Positions 52,731 through 62,740 are shown, counted from the first letter of the stretch. The stretch: 64,000 bases of DNA from Oscillospiraceae bacterium (GCA_015064885.1 SVRJ01000006.1:3990-67989), one strand, 5' to 3'. A program made the numbers and translations. Notes: generated by a model not told the origin, from the letters alone.

Positions 52731-53691
52731 CGCTTTTCTCCGTCATCTTTTCGCAGATACCGTTTATCCAACCGTAAAGGTCGTCGTATACTCTGTCCTT
52801 TTCTATATCGCAGAGTATCTCGTGTCTGCTCTGAGGGTATATCTTATAGCGCATGTTCTTTACTCCGGCGGCATAGAGCATCTCACAGACCTTAAGGGCA
52901 CCGACTCCGTAATTTCCGACGGGGTCATTCTTTCCGAATACCACGAATATCGGCAGCTCCTTATCTATGCTTTCAGCCCACTTTTTCGTGCTTACTCTTG
53001 CGAGGAGGTCGAACAGGTCGTAATATCCGCGCGCGGTAAAGGTGAAGCCCGCGAGGGGGTCTCTGTCGTATGCGTCAACAACACTCTCGATACTGCTTAT
53101 CCAGGCAGACTCGCTTCCCTCGTCCTTGAATTTTTTATTATATGAGCCGAAGGCAAGACTCTTTATGAATTTCGATCTGTTGTATTCACCGAACATTCTT
53201 GCGTTGAGTCCTGCGAGCAGCTTTGCTATTCTTGCGGGGCTTTCGGGTCCTACCGTTCCCATAATAATACACGAATCTGTTATATCGGGGTAGACGGATA
53301 TACAGTATCTTGCGATAAGAGAGCCCATGCTGTGACCGAGAAGAACGTGCGGGAGTCTCGGGAATCTCTCTTTTATAATATCGGAAAGCATATTTACGTC
53401 GGATGCGAGTATCTCGGCACCGTCCTTCTCAGAGGTATAACCGAGCTCATCCTCAGAGCGAGAGGTATAACCGTGACCTATGTGGTCGTTTCCGCAGACG
53501 ATAAATCCCTTTTCACATAGGAACTCGCAAAACGCCGAATATCTGAGAAAGTATTCGCTCATTCCGTGGACTATCTGCACTATTCCCTTGTATTCTCGGT
53601 TGTCGGGAATATATGCGTATGCGGCTATCTCGCTTACGCCGTCCGCCGACGCGTACGTAAATCTTTCGGGTACGTATTCCTTTATCACCAT
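52720..53691 (-). CDS. Alpha/beta hydrolase (lysophospholipase/monoacylglycerol-lipase-like)
   Basis: 323 aa. Nucleophile elbow LLGHSMGS. HG oxyanion motif (IVHGMSEY). C-terminal SRHE. Confidence 0.8.
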   Translation of the reverse strand: MVIKEYVPERFTYASADGVSEIAAYAYIPDNREYKGIVQIVHGMSEYFLRYSAFCEFLCEKGFIVCGNDHIGHGYTSRSEDELGYTSEKDGAEILASDVNMLSDIIKERFPRLPHVLLGHSMGSLIARYCISVYPDITDSCIIMGTVGPESPARIAKLLAGLNARMFGEYNRSKFIKSLAFGSYNKKFKDEGSESAWISSIESVVDAYDRDPLAGFTFTARGYYDLFDLLARVSTKKWAESIDKELPIFVVFGKNDPVGNYGVGALKVCEMLYAAGVKNMRYKIYPQSRHEILCDIEKDRVYDDLYGWINGICEKMTEKSDEE

Positions 53692-53692
53692 A

Positions 53693-54496
53693 TTATTTTT
53701 CTACCGCCTTTTCCTTAGCCTTAAAATATGTTCCTACCGGCACTCCGTCGAACAGTTCGTAGAGCACCTCCGGGCGGTGTCCGTTCAGAATGAACATGGA
53801 TATGCCCGCCTCGGTAAGTATTTTTGCCGCCTCAATTTTGGTCGCCATGCCACCGGTTCCTCTTTCGGTTCCCGCGCCGCCGGCTATCTTCACCAGCTCC
53901 TCGTCTATAGAATCCACTCTGCTGATGAATTTGGCATTCGGATTTTTTCTCGGGTCGCTGTCATAAAGTCCTTCTATATCGGAGAGGTTGAGCACAACGT
54001 CCGCCTTTGCGACGAGGGCAACGTATGCGGAAAGGGTGTCGTTTCCTCCGAACTTTATCTCAGCGGTAGAGACGCTGTCATTCTCGTTTACTATCGGAAC
54101 GCATCCCATTTCGAGAAGGGTGTTGAAGGTATCCTCGCACGCTTCTCTTCTCTGTACGTCCTCCACTACGTCCTTAGTCATAAGTATCTGAGCCACCGTA
54201 TGACCGTATGAGGAGAAGAATTTATCGTACATTCTCATTATCTCGCTCTGACCCACCGCAGCCATAGCCTGCTTTTCACGGACAGATCCGGGTCTCCTTC
54301 CGAGCTTTGTCCGTGCCACTCCCGCACTGACCGCTCCCGAGGACACGACTATTACCTCAATACCCGAATTTTTAAAATCAGAGAGTATCTTTACTATCTC
54401 CTCCATACGTCTTATATTTATATGCCCCGACTCGTGAGTAAGTGTGGACGAACCGAGCTTTATCACCATTCTTTTGCAGTTACTGAGTTTTCCCAT
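53693..54496 (-). CDS. proB: Glutamate 5-kinase (short form, no PUA domain)
   Basis: Motifs MVIKLGSSTLT, VVSSGAVSAG and PIVNENDSV. ATG 54496 has an AAAGGAGC RBS. The track starts 13 codons earlier. Confidence 0.88.
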   Translation of the reverse strand: MGKLSNCKRMVIKLGSSTLTHESGHINIRRMEEIVKILSDFKNSGIEVIVVSSGAVSAGVARTKLGRRPGSVREKQAMAAVGQSEIMRMYDKFFSSYGHTVAQILMTKDVVEDVQRREACEDTFNTLLEMGCVPIVNENDSVSTAEIKFGGNDTLSAYVALVAKADVVLNLSDIEGLYDSDPRKNPNAKFISRVDSIDEELVKIAGGAGTERGTGGMATKIEAAKILTEAGISMFILNGHRPEVLYELFDGVPVGTYFKAKEKAVEK

Positions 54497-54612
54497 AGCG
54501 GTGCTCCTTTTTGCTTGCTTAATATGAATTTTCACAGACGCCGTTTTTATGTATCTTAAGATAACGCAAGGTTAATAATTTGTTAAATCGGGCGTTTTGC
54601 AAAATATTTCAT

Positions 54613-54640
54613 TTGACATTTTAAAAATTTATATTATAAT
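54613..54640 (+). promoter_or_regulatory. Sigma-A-type promoter
   Basis: TTGACA, 16-nt spacer, TATAAT. Confidence 0.6.
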
Positions 54641-54727
54641 ATAAATAGTATACTATATTTTCTCGGATTTTTCAAGTACTTTTTTGAAATTTTTCGGTTT
54701 GCATACAAATATGCGGAGGAGTTAAGT

Positions 54728-54997
54728 ATGAATAACAAATACACACTCAACATTGACGGAATTTCGCTTTGCGTCAGAACGGATGAAAGCGAGGCATCTG
54801 TATCCGAGGTGGCAAATATGCTTTCAAGGAGAATACGCGCCATACATACGGCTTCACCCAACTGCTCGAGGACAGAGGCGGCTCTGATATGTGCGCTCGA
54901 ATGCTGCTCGGACTATAAAAAGGTGCTTGACGAAAGAGACTCGGCTCTGCGTGAGATAGAATCTCTTAGGCGCACTATAGAAATACTCAAGAGCTGA
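54728..54997 (+). CDS. zapA: Cell-division protein ZapA-like
   Basis: 89 aa. The N-terminus YTLNIDGISLCVRTDESEASVSEVANMLSRRI is followed by a coiled-coil tail, which is the ZapA-like layout. GGAGGAG RBS. Confidence 0.6.
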   Translation: MNNKYTLNIDGISLCVRTDESEASVSEVANMLSRRIRAIHTASPNCSRTEAALICALECCSDYKKVLDERDSALREIESLRRTIEILKS

Positions 54998-55007
54998 GGC
55001 AGTATAA

Positions 55008-56999
55008 ATGCAAAGAAACAAGCATGAGCTTCTCGCGCCGGCAGGAGACAGAGAGTGTCTTCGTGCCGCCGTGTGCGGAGGTGCGGATGCCGTATATTTC
55101 GGAGCATCCTCCTTCAATGCGCGTGCGAGGGCGACAAACTTCGGCAACGCCGAGATCAAGGAAGCAATAGATTATTGCCACGCCTACGGCAAGAAGGCAT
55201 ACGTCACGCTCAACACCGCTCTTAGGGAAAAGGAGCTCGGTGAGGCTCTCGAGCTTGCGGCAAGCCTCTATAGTGCCGGGGCGGACGCGCTCATATGCGC
55301 CGATCTCGGCCTCATATCACAGATAAAAAAGCAGATACCCAGGCTCGAGATACACGTGAGCACTCAGGCAGGCGTAAGGTCTTCGGCGGGAGCTGATCTC
55401 TTTTCCTCTCTCGGGGCATCGAGGGTGGTTCTTGCAAGAGAGCTGAACCGCGCAGAGATAAGAGATATAACCAAAAACGCAATGGCCGAAACAGAGGTCT
55501 TCATCCACGGTGCTCTCTGTGTTTCTGTCAGCGGAAGATGTCTTTTCTCCTCTCTGGTAGGAGGAAGGAGCGGAAACCGCGGAGAATGCGCACAGCCCTG
55601 CAGGCTCCCGTACGAAAAGGACAGGTATCTTCTGAGCCTTAAGGACCTTTGCCTCGCCAAGCATCTCACCGAGCTTTGCGATATGGGAGTCGCCTCCTTT
55701 AAGATAGAGGGGCGTATGAAATCTCCCGAATACGTGTATTCGGTAACGAGAATATACCGCCGTCTTCTCGATTCCGCAAGGAATGCGACAGACGTTGAGG
55801 TGAAAGAGCTTTCGGAGATCTTTTCACGCGGAGGCTTCACGGACGGATACTATACGGGAAGGATAACTCCCGCAATGAACGGAATACGCGGTGAGCTCAC
55901 CGAGCCGAAGCGTCAGCTGACAGAAAAAATAGAAGAACCGAGGATACCGCTTTCTCTGTGCGCAAGCATAAAGCGCGGAGAGGAGCTTTCGCTGACGTAC
56001 TCGTCAGAAGATAAGGGAAGCGTGACCGTGCGCGGATGTATTCCTCAGGAGGCACAGAGCCGTCCTATGGAAAGCGATGACTATCTGCGACCGCTCTCCG
56101 CTCTCGGAAACACTCAATTCTTTGTCAAAAGCGCAAATATAGACTGCGACCCGGGTCTTATGGTTCCCGTCTCCGCACTGAAGAGCGCACGCAGAGAGGC
56201 TATTGACGCTCTTGCTTCAAAATACGTTATAACAAGAGAAAAGCCGAACGTTTCTTATACCGAAGCATCAAGAAGAAGCAAGCGCAGGATAAAGAGCGCA
56301 AAATTTTTTCTTCCGGGAAGCGTAAGCGACAGAGCAAGAGAATTTTTCGACGTGATATTCATTCCGTCAGACAGATACGAAAGCAAAACGGCAAACGGAG
56401 CCTTTCTTCCCGAGATAACCTCGGAGGGAGAATGCGAGGAGCTTAAAAGGACGCTCGCCTCTCTTAAAGAAAGGGGCTGCAGGCATATTCTCGTTTCGGA
56501 TATAGGTCAGCTTCCTCTCGTTTTGGCGTGCGGCTTTGAAAGCGTACACACCGATATAGGCTTTAATATATACAATACAGAAGCGGCTTCTCTTTTTGAG
56601 GACTCCTTCAAGGTGAGAGCGATCGCCTCCCCCGAGCTGAATCTGTCGGCGCAAAGGGCTCTCGGATCTGCCACCGTCGTATACGGAAGAATACCGCTTA
56701 TGACACTCAAAAAGTGTATAGGCAGAGAGCTTATCGGATGTGATAAGTGCAAAAAGGGCGACGGAATATTCAGATTCAAGGACAGAAAGGGAGTAACCTT
56801 CACCGGAATGAGGGCATGCTCTCACGGAAGCGTTATATTCAACTCGGTGCCTACTTACGTAGGAGATGACAAAGTCGCTTCCTCTCTTACAGACGTGCAT
56901 TTCATATTCACGACAGAAAGCAGGTCGGAGGCTGACGGTGTGATCTCGGCATACGCTGAGGGCAGGTCTCTCGGAGTGCCTGTACGCAGAATAAAATAG
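55008..56999 (+). CDS. Peptidase U32 family protein (collagenase-like/PrtC family)
   Basis: 663 aa. Motifs ELLAPAGDRECLRAAVCGGADAVYFGASSFNARARATNF and EVFIHGALCVSVSGRCLFS, with FKIEGRMKSPEY. Confidence 0.85.
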   Translation: MQRNKHELLAPAGDRECLRAAVCGGADAVYFGASSFNARARATNFGNAEIKEAIDYCHAYGKKAYVTLNTALREKELGEALELAASLYSAGADALICADLGLISQIKKQIPRLEIHVSTQAGVRSSAGADLFSSLGASRVVLARELNRAEIRDITKNAMAETEVFIHGALCVSVSGRCLFSSLVGGRSGNRGECAQPCRLPYEKDRYLLSLKDLCLAKHLTELCDMGVASFKIEGRMKSPEYVYSVTRIYRRLLDSARNATDVEVKELSEIFSRGGFTDGYYTGRITPAMNGIRGELTEPKRQLTEKIEEPRIPLSLCASIKRGEELSLTYSSEDKGSVTVRGCIPQEAQSRPMESDDYLRPLSALGNTQFFVKSANIDCDPGLMVPVSALKSARREAIDALASKYVITREKPNVSYTEASRRSKRRIKSAKFFLPGSVSDRAREFFDVIFIPSDRYESKTANGAFLPEITSEGECEELKRTLASLKERGCRHILVSDIGQLPLVLACGFESVHTDIGFNIYNTEAASLFEDSFKVRAIASPELNLSAQRALGSATVVYGRIPLMTLKKCIGRELIGCDKCKKGDGIFRFKDRKGVTFTGMRACSHGSVIFNSVPTYVGDDKVASSLTDVHFIFTTESRSEADGVISAYAEGRSLGVPVRRIK

Positions 57000-57013
57000 T
57001 AAAGGCTGATCTT

Positions 57014-58117
57014 ATGAAGATATTGATAGTTCCCGACTCGTTCAAGGGCACTCTCAGCGCAAAAGAGGTGTGCGACGTTGTCGGTGAGGGTATATTATCC
57101 GAATTTCCCGACGCAGAAATAATAAAGATCCCCGTCGCAGACGGAGGAGAAGGCAGCTCTGATGCGCTTGGGGCTGCGCGTATTCCTCTTACGGTTAGCG
57201 GTCCTTTCGGTGAAAGGTGCGACGCCTTTATCGGAGTTCTCGGCAGCACCGCGGTCATAGAGATGGCTTCCTGTGCCGGACTTCCGCTTGTAAAGGGCAA
57301 GGAGGATCCCGAGAGGGCGAGCACGTACGGAGTTGGCGAGCTTATTCTCAAGGCTCTCGATCTCGGATACAGAGATATTCTGCTCTGTCTCGGAGGAAGC
57401 GCGACAAACGACTGCGGATGCGGTATGGCGGCATGCCTCGGAGCCGTATTCAAAAACCGAGACGGTGAGAATTTCATTCCGGTCGGAGGTACTCTGAAGG
57501 ACATATGCGAAATAGACCTCTCCGCTCTTGATGAAAGGCTGAAGGAATCAAGGATACGTGCCATGTGCGACGTGAGGAACCCTCTTTACGGAAAGAAGGG
57601 TGCGGCATACGTATTTGCTCCGCAAAAGGGTGCGGATGAAGAATGTGTAAAAAGGCTTGACACGGGGCTTATGAATTTTGCGAAGGCTTGCGACAGATCT
57701 CTCGGAAAGGATATTTCCTCGCTCGAAGGAGGAGGCGCCGCAGGCGGAATGGGTGCAGGCGTTGTGGCTCTGCTCGGAGGTGTTCTCGTACGCGGAATAG
57801 ACGCCGTGCTCGACGCGGCAGGCTTTGAGGAAAAGCTGGCGGGCGCTGACGCGATAATAAGCGGCGAGGGCAGGTTCGACTCTCAGAGCTTTGGCGGAAA
57901 GGTGATCTCGGGAATAGCGAGCCGCTCGGGCGGTATTCCGCTTATCGCGATATGCGGAAGCGTTGACAGAGATATAGAGGAGCTTGAGGGTATTTGTGCG
58001 GTATTCAGCATACAGAGCACTCCTCTTCCCTTTGAGGACGCGGTGAAGCACTCACGCCGTGATCTTTATTTCACATCAAAAAATATAGCGAGACTTATTT
58101 CCCGCTTCAAAAAATAA
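57014..58117 (+). CDS. Glycerate kinase family protein
   Basis: 367 aa. Motifs MKILIVPDSFKGTLSAKEVC, PVADGGEGS, GGSATNDCGCGM and ISGEGRFDSQS. Confidence 0.9.
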   Translation: MKILIVPDSFKGTLSAKEVCDVVGEGILSEFPDAEIIKIPVADGGEGSSDALGAARIPLTVSGPFGERCDAFIGVLGSTAVIEMASCAGLPLVKGKEDPERASTYGVGELILKALDLGYRDILLCLGGSATNDCGCGMAACLGAVFKNRDGENFIPVGGTLKDICEIDLSALDERLKESRIRAMCDVRNPLYGKKGAAYVFAPQKGADEECVKRLDTGLMNFAKACDRSLGKDISSLEGGGAAGGMGAGVVALLGGVLVRGIDAVLDAAGFEEKLAGADAIISGEGRFDSQSFGGKVISGIASRSGGIPLIAICGSVDRDIEELEGICAVFSIQSTPLPFEDAVKHSRRDLYFTSKNIARLISRFKK

Positions 58118-58144
58118 GATAATATTAAAAAGGAGATAAACAAT

Positions 58145-58984
58145 ATGTTAGAACTCGGTGTAATCATGTCTATGTCCGGCGATCTCGACGAAAAGTTCAA
58201 GAAGGTTCACGACCTCGGTCTTACGTCGTGTCAGCTCAGCAACTACGAGCCTTCTGTATTTACAGACGAAAACGCGGCTATAGTCAACGAATGCTCAAAA
58301 AAATACGGTGTCCGCGTTTCCGCTCTCTGGTGCGGTTGGCCCGGACCTAAGGTCTGGAACTTTGTAGAGGGTCCTGCAACTCTCGGTATCGTTCCCGTAG
58401 CTTACAGATTCGAAAGAGTAAAGATGCTTCTCAAGGGTGGAGAATTTGCTCTCAAGATCGGTGTAACCGACGTTGCTACGCATGCGGGCTTCATTCCCGA
58501 GAATCCCTCTACTACAGAATATCTCGACGTTGTAGGCTGTATAAAGCATATAGCAAAAAACTATCTCGACAAGGGGCTTTATTTCCTCTTTGAAACGGGT
58601 CAGGAGACACCCACAACACTTCTCCGTCTTATCGAGGACGTGGGAACAGGCAACCTCGGAATCAATCTCGACCCTGCTAACCTCCTCATGTACGGCAAGG
58701 CAAATCCCTGCGATGCCGTTGATATTTTCGGAAAGTACATAAGAAACGTACACGGCAAGGACGGAAACTATCCGACCGACGGACGTTCTCTCGGAAGAGA
58801 AGCGAGAATGGGCGACGGAAAAGTTAACTATCCCGAGCTTATGAGAAGGCTCAAGGCGGCAGGATATAACGGTCCTATCACTATCGAGCGTGAGATAAAG
58901 GGTGACAAGCAGGTAGAGGATATTCTCCACGCAAAGGCAATGCTCACGGCTCTCTACAGTGAGATATACGGAGAAGAGGCGTAA
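58145..58984 (+). CDS. Xylose-isomerase-like TIM-barrel protein (sugar phosphate isomerase/epimerase family)
   Basis: 279 aa. Motifs THAGF, FLFETGQE, NLDPANL, VHGKDG and ITIERE. AAGGAG RBS. Confidence 0.75.
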   Translation: MLELGVIMSMSGDLDEKFKKVHDLGLTSCQLSNYEPSVFTDENAAIVNECSKKYGVRVSALWCGWPGPKVWNFVEGPATLGIVPVAYRFERVKMLLKGGEFALKIGVTDVATHAGFIPENPSTTEYLDVVGCIKHIAKNYLDKGLYFLFETGQETPTTLLRLIEDVGTGNLGINLDPANLLMYGKANPCDAVDIFGKYIRNVHGKDGNYPTDGRSLGREARMGDGKVNYPELMRRLKAAGYNGPITIEREIKGDKQVEDILHAKAMLTALYSEIYGEEA

Positions 58985-59002
58985 GCCGCGCGTTATCTTC
59001 AT

Positions 59003-59413
59003 ATGAAAAAAATATTATTTTTATCGGCGGCGGTGCTTGCCGCAGTTCTTATTGCTCTGGCATCATTTTTCGGAAGCGAGATCGTCAGCATAAACGCATT
59101 CTCTCTCTGCCCGTTCGTCCTCTTCTTTGTGATCGCGGTGACCGGCATCGGAAACGTCCGCTTTAAGGATGAGGAGGACGACAAGCTTACAAAGGAGGAG
59201 TGCTCTCTCCCGATAAAGACTGTGGCAAAAATAAGGCATTCAAGCGGTATTGCCGTACTGATAGGCTGTATTCCCGAGCTGTTTCTCATTTTCTTTCTGG
59301 AAGGGATACTGAAGGCGGCTCTCTCTGTTGCGGTCATAATCCTTTCCTTCCTTCTCATGCGTGCGGTGTACTCGTATGAGATGAAACGGGCTCTTACGAA
59401 TACCGAAAAGTAA
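59003..59413 (+). CDS. Hypothetical small membrane protein
   Basis: 136 aa, ~4 TM helices. No clear RBS. Confidence 0.45.
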   Translation: MKKILFLSAAVLAAVLIALASFFGSEIVSINAFSLCPFVLFFVIAVTGIGNVRFKDEEDDKLTKEECSLPIKTVAKIRHSSGIAVLIGCIPELFLIFFLEGILKAALSVAVIILSFLLMRAVYSYEMKRALTNTEK

Positions 59414-59430
59414 AATACGAATTTACATTA

Positions 59431-59470
59431 AAAAGCTCCGCAAAACGAGTAGGTTTCGCGGAGCTTTTTT
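59431..59470. terminator. Bidirectional terminator between convergent genes
   Basis: aaaagctccgc-(16 nt)-gcggagctttttt. Confidence 0.75.
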
Positions 59471-59496
59471 CTGTTTATCCGAAAGACCGTATGGCC

Positions 59497-60207
59497 TCAC
59501 TCACCGTCGGTATCAAGTATAAGATACGGTGTCGTATCGTTTACACAGAGGGCGGGGAGGGTTATATATTCCACACCGTCCACGGTAGCGTTTCCTCCGT
59601 AATGGTAATGTCCTTGCACTACCGTGACCTTCTGCTCTGCCGAGGAAAGGATATTGTGTATCTCCTCAAAATTCTTTATCCTGTGTCTGTACTCGGCGTT
59701 CGGGGCAAGGCACTGATGGACGAAAATAAATATTTTTTTACACTCCGAGCCGACAACCTCACGTATAAGCTCTGTCTGGTCATTCGGAATCACGCTGTCC
59801 GTCCAATCTACGTTGGAATAGAGGTATCCGCTTCCGTTGGTAAGGAAGTTTGCATCGAGGAATACAAGCGTGCTTTCCTTATCCTTGAGGATAAATGGTG
59901 CCCTGCTTTCAAACGAGCCTAACTTATGGAACTGCTCCTTTGAAAAATTTATGCAATCGTGATTTCCCATCAGCACGTACGCCTTATCCGCCACCGAATG
60001 AATATACCCGGATATCTCGCGAAGGCATACCGCACATTCGTCACGCTTTCCGTCGTCCGTAAGGTCGCCGAGGCAGATCAGAGCATCGCATTCGGTTATT
60101 TTTTCTTCAAGTGTCTTAAGCTTTTCGAGAGAAAGCCTCGGATATCTGTTCTTATTCTTCAAAGGCGATCTTCCGTAATGGGGATCGGCAAATATAAACA
60201 GCTTCAT
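59497..60207 (-). CDS. Calcineurin-like metallophosphoesterase
   Basis: 236 aa. Motifs FIFADPHYG, CLGDLTDDG, GNHD, FVHQ and GHYH. Confidence 0.85.
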   Translation of the reverse strand: MKLFIFADPHYGRSPLKNKNRYPRLSLEKLKTLEEKITECDALICLGDLTDDGKRDECAVCLREISGYIHSVADKAYVLMGNHDCINFSKEQFHKLGSFESRAPFILKDKESTLVFLDANFLTNGSGYLYSNVDWTDSVIPNDQTELIREVVGSECKKIFIFVHQCLAPNAEYRHRIKNFEEIHNILSSAEQKVTVVQGHYHYGGNATVDGVEYITLPALCVNDTTPYLILDTDGE

Positions 60208-60226
60208 TGTGTGTATCCTTTCTTAT

Positions 60227-61615
60227 TTATTTTTCGCTATCACCGAGGTATACGCCGTTATCGAGAAGCGTACTGCGGAGGAGGGCAAAGTCGAGCTCTC
60301 TTACCGACACACCGTTCTTTACCGCGAGGGCGGCGGCAGTTCCCGACGCCTGGCCCATTGCCATACACGGCGGCATAACGCGGACGGCTCCCGCGGCGGT
60401 AGAATCCGCGCTCAGGCATCTTCCGGTGAGGATAAGCCCTTCCACGCCTACCGGAACGAGCGAGCGGTAAGGAACTCCGTAATAGCTTCCCTCTATCGGT
60501 ATATACTCGTTACTCCTCGGCCCGAATCTTCCGTGAACGTCAACAGAGTTTGCCGCGAGGAATACGCTGTCAGAGGGTACCTTTGCCGAGAGGAGGTCGT
60601 CTGCCGTAAGTCTGTATTCTCCCTTTATGTGTCTGCTTTCTCTTATTCCGAGGTGGGAGGCGGTAGCCTTTACTCTCACGTTCTCACATCCGGGAACGTA
60701 CTTTCTGAAGAATGCCGTTATCTGTTCCACCTGCTTTCGCCCTTCGATCTCTCCTCTCGTCAGGCTCTCGTTGTTCGTGCTGTCTATCTTCATTATTCTT
60801 GAAGTATTTACGCACCACTCATCCTCCTTCGGCATGCGGAAGAGACCTATACTGACTCTGTCGAGCGTCCAGTCTCCATTCTCTCTCGCCTCACTCACAC
60901 GCCAGTGGAGAGAACGGTAGTTAACTCCGTCCTTGCGGTAGAAGTTGTGCAGATTTGCCTGTATGTCCGCTTCGAGAGCTTCGGCATTTACACCCGATAT
61001 ATGATAGAACATAGTAGCAGGCTGAACGAGACCTGCCTCCTCGTTGCCGAATTCGAACGGAACTCCCGCACGTGCGGCAACGTCGCCGTCTCCGGTAGCG
61101 TCAACGGTAACACTCGAATACAGTGCGCACAGCCCCGCTTTTGAAGAAAGAACACTTCCGACAAGCGTATTCCCTTCAAGTATCGGAGAAAGAAAATTCG
61201 TATGGAAGAGCACCTCTACTCCCGCCTCTGCCGCCATTTCGTCAAGAACGAGCTTGAGGCCTTCCGCCTCAAATGGGGTTACGTGATCGTGGCCTATCTT
61301 TATCCACGAGGTAAATCCCGTGCCCGAACGCACCTTTGACGGATGTATGGCGTACCCTCTTTCCACGAGGCGGTCTACTATCTCCTCAAATATTCCGCGT
61401 ATGATCATATTTTCGCCCTCGGCATCATAGCAGGTCATAAACGGACCTACGAGACCTTGAGTCGCCATTCCTCCAAGGCAGTTTCCCTTTTCAACGAGGA
61501 TGACCTTTACTCCGAGCCTTGCCGCACAGATAGCCGCGCAAACACCCGAAGGGCCGCCTCCTATTACGGCAACGTCCGCGTGCTTTTCATTCTCTATATT
61601 AAAATTTACGTTCAT
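60227..61615 (-). CDS. FAD-dependent oxidoreductase (FAD_oxidored family), second copy of the family in the window
   Basis: Motif ADVAVIGGGPSGVCAAICAARLGVKVILVEKGNCLGGMATQG. I chose ATG 61615, and the track starts 21 codons earlier. Confidence 0.75.
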   Translation of the reverse strand: MNVNFNIENEKHADVAVIGGGPSGVCAAICAARLGVKVILVEKGNCLGGMATQGLVGPFMTCYDAEGENMIIRGIFEEIVDRLVERGYAIHPSKVRSGTGFTSWIKIGHDHVTPFEAEGLKLVLDEMAAEAGVEVLFHTNFLSPILEGNTLVGSVLSSKAGLCALYSSVTVDATGDGDVAARAGVPFEFGNEEAGLVQPATMFYHISGVNAEALEADIQANLHNFYRKDGVNYRSLHWRVSEARENGDWTLDRVSIGLFRMPKEDEWCVNTSRIMKIDSTNNESLTRGEIEGRKQVEQITAFFRKYVPGCENVRVKATASHLGIRESRHIKGEYRLTADDLLSAKVPSDSVFLAANSVDVHGRFGPRSNEYIPIEGSYYGVPYRSLVPVGVEGLILTGRCLSADSTAAGAVRVMPPCMAMGQASGTAAALAVKNGVSVRELDFALLRSTLLDNGVYLGDSEK

Positions 61616-61649
61616 AATATACGCCCTTCTTTTATTTCTTTTCTTATTT

Positions 61650-61678
61650 ATTATAGCACACCTATACTCGTCTGTCAA
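61650..61678 (-). promoter_or_regulatory. Sigma-A-type promoter (divergent pair, minus-strand member)
   Basis: The reverse strand reads TTGACA, a 17-nt spacer, then TATAAT. Confidence 0.7.
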
Positions 61679-61740
61679 GCAAATAATGCGTGCTTTTCGC
61701 TTTTTATACCAAGCTTTTTCGTTTTTTTGGAGATTTCTTA

Positions 61741-61769
61741 TTGACTTTTCTGCATTTATATACTATAAT
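61741..61769 (+). promoter_or_regulatory. Sigma-A-type promoter (divergent pair, plus-strand member)
   Basis: TTGACT, 17-nt spacer, TATAAT. Confidence 0.7.
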
Positions 61770-61813
61770 ATAGATACATAAAACACGTTAGACACGTTAA
61801 ACGGAGGTTTATT

Positions 61814-62740
61814 ATGAAGATCAGTGTACAATCGGCTCCCTGGTTCAGCTACGACGATCCCAACGCGGGCTTTGCTATGATAAAGGCCTGCGGCTTTGAC
61901 GCGGTTGACTTTAATATCGACCACCTTCTTTCTCCGAGAGCGCTCGCAAAGTCGGGCGGTCCTCTCGTTTCCTTCTTTGATAAGTCGGACGAGGAAATAC
62001 TCGAGTTCTTCCGTCCCGTCAAGGAGGCTGCCGAAAAGAACGGCATTTCGTTCGCTCAGATGCATGCGCCCTTCCCTACCTATATTCCCGACAGAGACGA
62101 CGTTACGGCATACGCTGTAGCCGCAACCGAAAAATGCCTCATGGTCTGCGATTACGTCGGATGTCCCGCCATAGTGGTTCATCCCTACACTTTTTACGCC
62201 GCTCCCACAAAAGAGAAGGAGCATGAGATAAACCTCGGTATTTACAGAGCGCTTATCCCCGCAGCAAAGAAATACAAGGTAAAGGTATGTCTCGAAAACC
62301 TGTTCACCGGATTCAACGAAAGAAGATTCCAGGGAGCTTGTGCGAGTGCTGAGGAGGCTGTCTGGTATATAGACAAGCTCAACGAGGAGGCAGGAGAGGA
62401 CTGCTTCGGCTTCTGCTTTGACATAGGACACGCAAATATAGTTGGTGCAAATATCCGCCAGTATCTCAATACACTCGGAAAGAGACTTACCATCCTCCAC
62501 CTTCACGACAATGACGGTCACTACGACACTCACACTCTTCCCTACGCCTGTCTCACGGGTGCAAAGCTCACCTGCGACTGGGAGGGCTTTATGGCGGGGC
62601 TTAAGGATATAGGCTACGAGGGTGCGCTCAACTTTGAGACCTTCCGTGCTCTCGGTGCTTTCCCGAAGGAGGTATGGCCGGAAACGCTCAGACTCATATC
62701 CGCTATCGGACGTATGTTCGACAACAGAATACATTCTTAA
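61814..62740 (+). CDS. Xylose-isomerase-like TIM-barrel protein (sugar phosphate isomerase/epimerase family)
   Basis: 308 aa. Motifs VVHPY, VCLENL, FDIGHAN and LHLHDNDG. GGAGG RBS. Confidence 0.75.
   Translation: MKISVQSAPWFSYDDPNAGFAMIKACGFDAVDFNIDHLLSPRALAKSGGPLVSFFDKSDEEILEFFRPVKEAAEKNGISFAQMHAPFPTYIPDRDDVTAYAVAATEKCLMVCDYVGCPAIVVHPYTFYAAPTKEKEHEINLGIYRALIPAAKKYKVKVCLENLFTGFNERRFQGACASAEEAVWYIDKLNEEAGEDCFGFCFDIGHANIVGANIRQYLNTLGKRLTILHLHDNDGHYDTHTLPYACLTGAKLTCDWEGFMAGLKDIGYEGALNFETFRALGAFPKEVWPETLRLISAIGRMFDNRIHS

Noticed and set aside
61763-62734. A 323-aa minus-strand ORF
   Set aside because: It is antisense to the TIM-barrel gene 61814-62740, which has a promoter, an RBS and family motifs.
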